Of a stretch of DNA of 64,000 nt, positions 59,101-64,000 are shown piece by piece (position 1 is the first letter of the stretch; the number at the start of each line of letters is the position of its first letter). The notes under the pieces were generated by a model, which was not told the DNA's origin, did no database searches, and saw only the letters and a list, made by a program, of their open reading frames with translations. Origin of the DNA: a virus (Duplodnaviria; Caudoviricetes); the IMG/VR virus record IMGVR_UViG_3300014205_000019, positions 5,544-69,543 of that record; one strand, written 5' to 3'. A program made the translations under genes and the position numbers.

Positions 59101-61446
59101 TTAGTGGATGTCGCCCCACCGCTTGCCTATACCAAACTTACTTACAATCGGTACGTGCAATTGTACCGTCTCTTCAAAGATGCGTACAACCTCGGGGCCG
59201 ATTTGCTCTAGTAATTCTTGTGGCCCCTCTAATAGTAACTCATCGTGAATCTGCTGAACCAAGAACACTTCGGGCTCTAGTTCGTCGAAGCCCATATCGT
59301 CGAGCAACTGCTGTACGCGAATGGTGGCCAGCGCCGTAATGTCGCCACTACCTGTACCCTGAAAGAGCGCGTCGAAGGCAGCACGTTCGGCTGACTCACG
59401 CTCGCCGCTGTTCCTAGAATACAGACCATAGATGTATGAGCGGTGCCCAAGATAGGATTCCACGTATCCATCACGCCGTGCCTTCTCTAGTACCATCTTA
59501 CGTAGCGCATCAATCTCAGGAATGTTTTCCTTGATTTTGTTAAGCACTACCTGCGCCTCACTTACCCTAATGTTAAGGGTTCGTCCAATACGCATGGCCG
59601 AGGCACCATAGAGAATGGCATAGAAGGCGGTCTTTGCAATGTCTCGTTCGTCTCGTGTAATCTCACTCTCCGGCTTGGAGAAGATGATGGATGCTGTAGT
59701 AGTATGAATGTCCCGGTTGGGGTCATTGAAGGTGGCGATGAGTGCGGGGTTGCCCGTATAGTGGGCCAGCACACGATACTCCAACTGGCTTGCATCACAC
59801 GACAACAACATTCTGTTACCCTGTGCTGTAAACAATTGGCGAACAAGCCGACCCTTCTCGCCACGAACTGGAATGTTCATGAGGTTGGGGTTGGTCGAAC
59901 TTAGTCGCCCTGTAATAACCTTGAACGGGTTGAGCGACGAATGAATGCGCCCGTCACCCTTGATGTGCTCTTGATAGCCTTCAAGGTAGGTGCCAATTAA
60001 CTTCATCAGTCCCTTGTATGTAATGATTTCTTCAATGATTGGGTGAAGGTGCGAGATTCTTTCAAGATGCTCGGCCCCGGTTGAGGGCTTGCCGCTTGCA
60101 GTTAATGGTGTAGGTGGTAGTTTAAGTTCGTTGAACAGGACATGCTGCACCTGAGCGGGCGCATTGATGTTGAACTTGTGCCCTGCATAGGCATAGATGT
60201 GCGACTCAGATAGGTCGGCCTCGAATTGCAGGGTGTTAAGGAGGGGTTGTAATTGTGTAAGGTCTAGGTACATGCCGTTGTAACTCATACGAATACAAGT
60301 ATACAATAGGTTCATATAGATGGCCTCATAGCGCTTTAATTGGGTGGGCGCCAACTTAGCACCCATCACGTCGATAAGCCTATAAGATTTAACAGCATCA
60401 TCGGCGGCGTATGGGGCACCCCTATCAATGGGTACCATGTCAAACGTGTCAGCACCCGCCGTCACCGTCTTGAATTCTTCCATCACGTCGCTCAACTGAC
60501 TGCGGCTCAGCGCCTTAAGTCCCAGTTCCTTTGGGTTGGGAACATGGAGGCCAAGCATATAGCCGTAGCCCTGAACATCATACAGCCTGCGTGGGAAACC
60601 TAAGCCGTGCTTAGCCGCCATCAATACGTCGAAGCCTAAGTTGGCACCACGAAGGGCGCGCATCTTAAGTAGTGGATGGATGATGTCCTCCACCTGCTTG
60701 GCATTAACGTTATGATAAACGCTGCCCTCTATGATATGGCGCATCGGCATATAGAAGCCGTGCTTCCCATCAAACGAGAAGGACTCACCTACAATGTGGT
60801 GTGTTTCCCAATTGAGGCCATTGGTTTCGGTGTCCCACCCGAGGTCGTCCACCTGTTCAATCATGCGGGCCAGCGTAGGCACGTCCTGAATGACTGTGAA
60901 GTTCTTGAAGCCGGGTCGACCCACCTTGACGTGAATGTTCTCACTCATGAACACATAATTAGGATTCTCTTTATTAAGAGCCGCCTCTACTATTGCCCAT
61001 CTAGCACCACGTCCCCGTCCTACAGCAGCCTTCTCTTTCTTATCCATGTCGGCAGTAAGAAAGCCGCTGTCTCGTGGGTCATAGCCTAGCCGCTTCTTAA
61101 GGCGACCGTGTGTAATCTCAGCAGGTTCAAGCCAGTCAGCCGACGGTTCATAACACTTAATGTCATAGGCCGTAAGCCCCAAGACTAGGTTGTCCGCCGA
61201 TAGTATGACTGTATCTGGCTGCAATCCGTACATCGCAAGGATGCCCAAAGTGGGCGCATTATCGGTTCGATGTACGCCGTTGATTGGTAGTTCCCTTGCG
61301 CCGTCCATTATAACTACGGTTTTATCGGGGTTGTGAAGCATCTTTGTTTTATAGATAAGTCGTAGAATTATTGCGTCAACTAATGGACGGGGTAAGGCCG
61401 AACTAAAGAGTCCAACCAACGACGTGGCATCGACAATAAGTAGCAT
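59101..61446 (-). CDS. DNA polymerase, family A, with 3'-5' exonuclease
   Basis: DTETNG, DASQLEYRVLAH, AKTAFYAILYG, QIHDEL. Confidence 0.95.
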   Translation of the reverse strand: MLLIVDATSLVGLFSSALPRPLVDAIILRLIYKTKMLHNPDKTVVIMDGARELPINGVHRTDNAPTLGILAMYGLQPDTVILSADNLVLGLTAYDIKCYEPSADWLEPAEITHGRLKKRLGYDPRDSGFLTADMDKKEKAAVGRGRGARWAIVEAALNKENPNYVFMSENIHVKVGRPGFKNFTVIQDVPTLARMIEQVDDLGWDTETNGLNWETHHIVGESFSFDGKHGFYMPMRHIIEGSVYHNVNAKQVEDIIHPLLKMRALRGANLGFDVLMAAKHGLGFPRRLYDVQGYGYMLGLHVPNPKELGLKALSRSQLSDVMEEFKTVTAGADTFDMVPIDRGAPYAADDAVKSYRLIDVMGAKLAPTQLKRYEAIYMNLLYTCIRMSYNGMYLDLTQLQPLLNTLQFEADLSESHIYAYAGHKFNINAPAQVQHVLFNELKLPPTPLTASGKPSTGAEHLERISHLHPIIEEIITYKGLMKLIGTYLEGYQEHIKGDGRIHSSLNPFKVITGRLSSTNPNLMNIPVRGEKGRLVRQLFTAQGNRMLLSCDASQLEYRVLAHYTGNPALIATFNDPNRDIHTTTASIIFSKPESEITRDERDIAKTAFYAILYGASAMRIGRTLNIRVSEAQVVLNKIKENIPEIDALRKMVLEKARRDGYVESYLGHRSYIYGLYSRNSGERESAERAAFDALFQGTGSGDITALATIRVQQLLDDMGFDELEPEVFLVQQIHDELLLEGPQELLEQIGPEVVRIFEETVQLHVPIVSKFGIGKRWGDIH

Positions 61447-61454
61447 TGCCCTCC

Positions 61455-61838
61455 TTAAAATACCCTAATGGTTGTTGTATTTATAAAGATGTGGTGATTG
61501 TTTGTAGAACATCTCGAACCGCCTGCATGGATTTCTTCGCTACAAACAGGACAAAGGAAGTGTTCTTTAGTATCACAGTATCTACAGTAGTCTTGAAGTT
61601 CTCTCAAGCCAGCCTCCCAACCCATCCTGTAATGCTTATCAAGTTCCCGTTCGTGTTCGTACTCAAGAGGCTGGTCAACAAACTCTTCAAGCCGCTCTAG
61701 ATAAGAAAGAAAACTCTTCTTTCGCTGTACCTGTTGGTATGCAATATCAGTACCGCTAATGTAGTTTTCCTCACCGAGTCGTTTGAAAGAGAGAACTACG
61801 TCCCTCGCCGCCAACCAAAGTTCAGCAGTCTTAGCCAT
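61455..61838 (-). CDS. Zn-finger protein
   Basis: CRYC...CPVC...C. Confidence 0.6.
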   Translation of the reverse strand: MAKTAELWLAARDVVLSFKRLGEENYISGTDIAYQQVQRKKSFLSYLERLEEFVDQPLEYEHERELDKHYRMGWEAGLRELQDYCRYCDTKEHFLCPVCSEEIHAGGSRCSTNNHHIFINTTTIRVF

Positions 61839-61839
61839 C

Positions 61840-62151
61840 TTACCAAGCCTTTACTGTGTGCTGCTTTCCCATTGCGCGTCCGGCCCCACTACCGGCCTTC
61901 TCCTTCGACTTACCCGAAACCACGGGGGTGCCGGGCTTCTTAGAGATAAGGATGATGGGGCCACCATTAGGCGACAGGTACTCGCGCCGACTCAACTGCT
62001 TGTAGCCTTGCGCCTTCATGTAGCGGGCAAAGCATCGGTGAATTTCGATGGGCGTCTTGTGATACTTAGAGCGGCCCTTGCCTACCCCGGCCACCACAAA
62101 CGCACCGCCACAGGAATCCACTGGCGTAATACAACTACTGCCATACTGCAT
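61840..62151 (-). CDS. Basic hypothetical protein
   Basis: 103-aa ORF in operon. Confidence 0.55.
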   Translation of the reverse strand: MQYGSSCITPVDSCGGAFVVAGVGKGRSKYHKTPIEIHRCFARYMKAQGYKQLSRREYLSPNGGPIILISKKPGTPVVSGKSKEKAGSGAGRAMGKQHTVKAW

Positions 62152-62152
62152 C

Positions 62153-62242
62153 TTACTTGCCCTTCTTTGGGGGAACCGGGGTCATGCCCTGCTCCTTCAT
62201 GTCGCGCAACTGGTCACGTTCGCGCTTACTTGGCTTAGCCAT
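62153..62242 (-). CDS. 29-aa basic peptide
   Basis: Hand-translated MAKPSKRERDQLRDMKEQGMTPVPPKKGK*; first ORF after the promoter. Confidence 0.5.
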   Translation of the reverse strand: MAKPSKRERDQLRDMKEQGMTPVPPKKGK

Positions 62243-62257
62243 CCTGTCCTACTTCCT

Positions 62258-62286
62258 AGTATACCACACACGGAGGCAGATTTCAA
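62258..62286 (-). promoter_or_regulatory. Sigma70 promoter for the replication operon
   Basis: TTGAAA-N17-TATACT with TG. Confidence 0.7.
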
Positions 62287-62310
62287 GTACCCCTAGAAAA
62301 CATTTCTACC

Positions 62311-62553
62311 CTAGTGCTCATACCATTTACTTACTCGCTTGTCTTCGGTCTTATAACCATGCCAAAGAACAATAAGGGCAATAACTGGAATACCAATAAA
62401 GAACCACATTCCCAGAAACTCAAACACTAAGACTAACAATAAAATAAGCGCGGATAATACAGAGAAAAGGATAAACACAAAGAACAGGGTAATCACTAAA
62501 CCATATCCTGAATCTGCATCCTTCTCATCTCTCATCCATTTAAAGAATCCCAT
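62311..62553 (-). CDS. Two-helix membrane protein
   Basis: Long hydrophobic segments. Confidence 0.65.
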   Translation of the reverse strand: MGFFKWMRDEKDADSGYGLVITLFFVFILFSVLSALILLLVLVFEFLGMWFFIGIPVIALIVLWHGYKTEDKRVSKWYEH

Positions 62554-62712
62554 TACACCGTCCTTAATGTTACTTCGTTAACAACTACATGGGTGCCCTT
62601 TGTCCACGACACGCCACTCATGAAGTCTTTGAGTTGTTCATTGGTATCAAAGACGTAAACAATGTTGTTCATTGTTACACTAATAGCGGGCTGCATCCTC
62701 AGTTTCGAGGCT

Positions 62713-63129
62713 TCAATCGCTCCCAATTCCATTTTCGTTTCTCGTTTCTTTTACCACCCATACAGGAATAGGAGGCCAACCAGAGTTTACCAAAACCATT
62801 TCTTGGTATCCACGAACCGGGCTGTCGGCACAGGTGGGGCACGGCGGGCGATCTCCAAGAGGGAAGCCAGTGATGAGGTCAATGTCCTGCCCGCGAATCT
62901 TCTTCCCGCTGCCATCGCACGTCGGGCACTTCCTACCGGGGGTGAAGGGGTGTTGCGCGCCCGCGATGTCATCGTCAACGCATGAGGCGCAGAACGGGAA
63001 CACCCCGTACATCAATGGTCGCCCGTCGAGATCGACCTCCTGATCCTCGCTGTGATCCCATTCGTCGTGCCCGCATACCGTCCCGTCCTCGCCTTGATGG
63101 ATGCAGATGATGTGCTCATCAGCGGGCAT
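62713..63129 (-). CDS. Cys-rich Zn-finger protein
   Basis: CASC, CPTCDGSG, CPTC; ATG 63129. Confidence 0.6.
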   Translation of the reverse strand: MPADEHIICIHQGEDGTVCGHDEWDHSEDQEVDLDGRPLMYGVFPFCASCVDDDIAGAQHPFTPGRKCPTCDGSGKKIRGQDIDLITGFPLGDRPPCPTCADSPVRGYQEMVLVNSGWPPIPVWVVKETRNENGIGSD

Positions 63130-63394
63130 CAGTAGCCTCCAGCAGTTCGGCGAGAACATCCCCGTGGCACGGGAGCGGCGCGCACCAACATACAAGTACG
63201 TCTGGCCTGAGTGCGCGCAACTCTTCTACAAGCCCTGGGCGTTCCGCAATCCACGCCCGATACTTCTCGATCACCTCCGTGCGGGTGCCGTCACGCCCGA
63301 TAGCGAACGGGTTTCCCCACTTCCCCGGCCTGCCGATATAGGTGCGCCGCCCACTTACCCACAACGGGCGACGAGAGTGCTCAACTAGTGGCAT
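63119..63394 (-). CDS. DUF4326 family protein
   Basis: YIGRPGKWGNPF...VIEKYRAW...LVCWCAPLPCHGDVL. Confidence 0.85.
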   Translation of the reverse strand: MPLVEHSRRPLWVSGRRTYIGRPGKWGNPFAIGRDGTRTEVIEKYRAWIAERPGLVEELRALRPDVLVCWCAPLPCHGDVLAELLEATDAR

Positions 63395-63485
63395 CGTCCA
63401 CCTCAGTCACCGCCAGGAACGCCCGGCAGTAGTCCTCGGGGGTGCAGACGGCCTCGTTGAGCGCGGTTCGTTCATCGGGGGTCAT

Positions 63486-64000
63486 TCAGTCGTCTCCCTT
63501 GAGGGCGTTCGTGTCCGCGAGAATCCGGTCGAGGGCTGCGTAGATGGACGCAGACGTATCCCCGGCGTGCTTCGCCAAGTCCTCAGTCGTGACGAGGGAC
63601 AGGCGGCGGTCTCTCACTGACTCCAGAATCTCGCATCGTACGGCCAGCCCTTCCGCGAGCGGATGAATCTGATTGACCAGCCCTCGCAGCCGGGCGTTCT
63701 CGGCTACCAGGGACTCGATGGCGGGGATGAGGAGAGCAGCCCAATCGGCGGCTTCGTCCACAGCCCACTCGAAATCACCTTCGGCTACCGCCCGCAGCGC
63801 CTCCACGATGGAGTCAGGGTTAGTCGCCATCGTCCTAGCCCTCCTTCTCGGCTGGTGCGCACGTGGAAGGGCGGCGTCGGCACGCCCGATAGCGCGGGCC
63901 AGACGAATCGGCGGCGCGTCCTCAATCACCCACTCCTCGCTGGCTTCGATGATCTCTCGCAGCAGCCCCTCGTAGCGGGAGCGTTCCTGCTCGCGGATGA
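63486..64000 (-). CDS. Hypothetical protein(s), frame open to the right edge
   Basis: In-frame ATG at 63830 (MATNPD) may start a separate gene. Confidence 0.5.
   Translation of the reverse strand, partial: IREQERSRYEGLLREIIEASEEWVIEDAPPIRLARAIGRADAALPRAHQPRRRARTMATNPDSIVEALRAVAEGDFEWAVDEAADWAALLIPAIESLVAENARLRGLVNQIHPLAEGLAVRCEILESVRDRRLSLVTTEDLAKHAGDTSASIYAALDRILADTNALKGDD

Noticed and set aside
1-64000. CRISPR array, integrase, DGR or rRNA
   Set aside because: No regularly spaced repeats, recombinase or reverse-transcriptase motifs, or rRNA-like sequence seen

Overview
A 64-kb piece of a tailed dsDNA bacteriophage genome, probably podovirus-like since no tape-measure, tail-tube or sheath gene is recognisable; the host cannot be assigned. 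Layout: (i) 1-5.8 kb, minus-strand small accessory genes including a HipA/PI3K-like kinase and a NADAR protein; (ii) 5.8-7.5 kb, a low-coding strand-skewed region with one isolated plus-strand gene; (iii) 7.5-8.8 kb, MazG-like, dNMP kinase and a lone ligase OB domain; (iv) 8.9-16.5 kb, a dense minus-strand RNA array; (v) 16.8-45.8 kb, the plus-strand virion and lysis module (TerS, TerL, portal, LysM-like protein, 3277-aa protein, scaffold, SU10-type major capsid, fibres, adaptor, nozzle, amidase, holin); (vi) 45.8-64 kb, minus-strand DNA metabolism (UDG-4, DEDDh exonuclease, class II RNR, ERCC4 nuclease, AAA ATPase, vWA, PD-(D/E)XK nuclease, DinG/XPD helicase, family A polymerase, DUF4326). 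The main result is the RNA array. It holds 37 canonical tRNAs covering all 20 amino acids, mostly 0-1 nt apart with encoded CCA. Packed among them with the same spacing are about 20 non-canonical RNAs of 14-124 nt that keep an acceptor-like stem, discriminator and CCA but lack a normal cloverleaf. The array also contains an apparent phage-encoded RNase P RNA, a PTH2-like hydrolase, three HNH endonucleases and four paralogous Cys-rich peptides; six of these ORFs stop inside the downstream tRNA. Together this looks like a self-processing tRNA/tRNA-mimic system. All calls are by eye; no database searches or folding programs were run.
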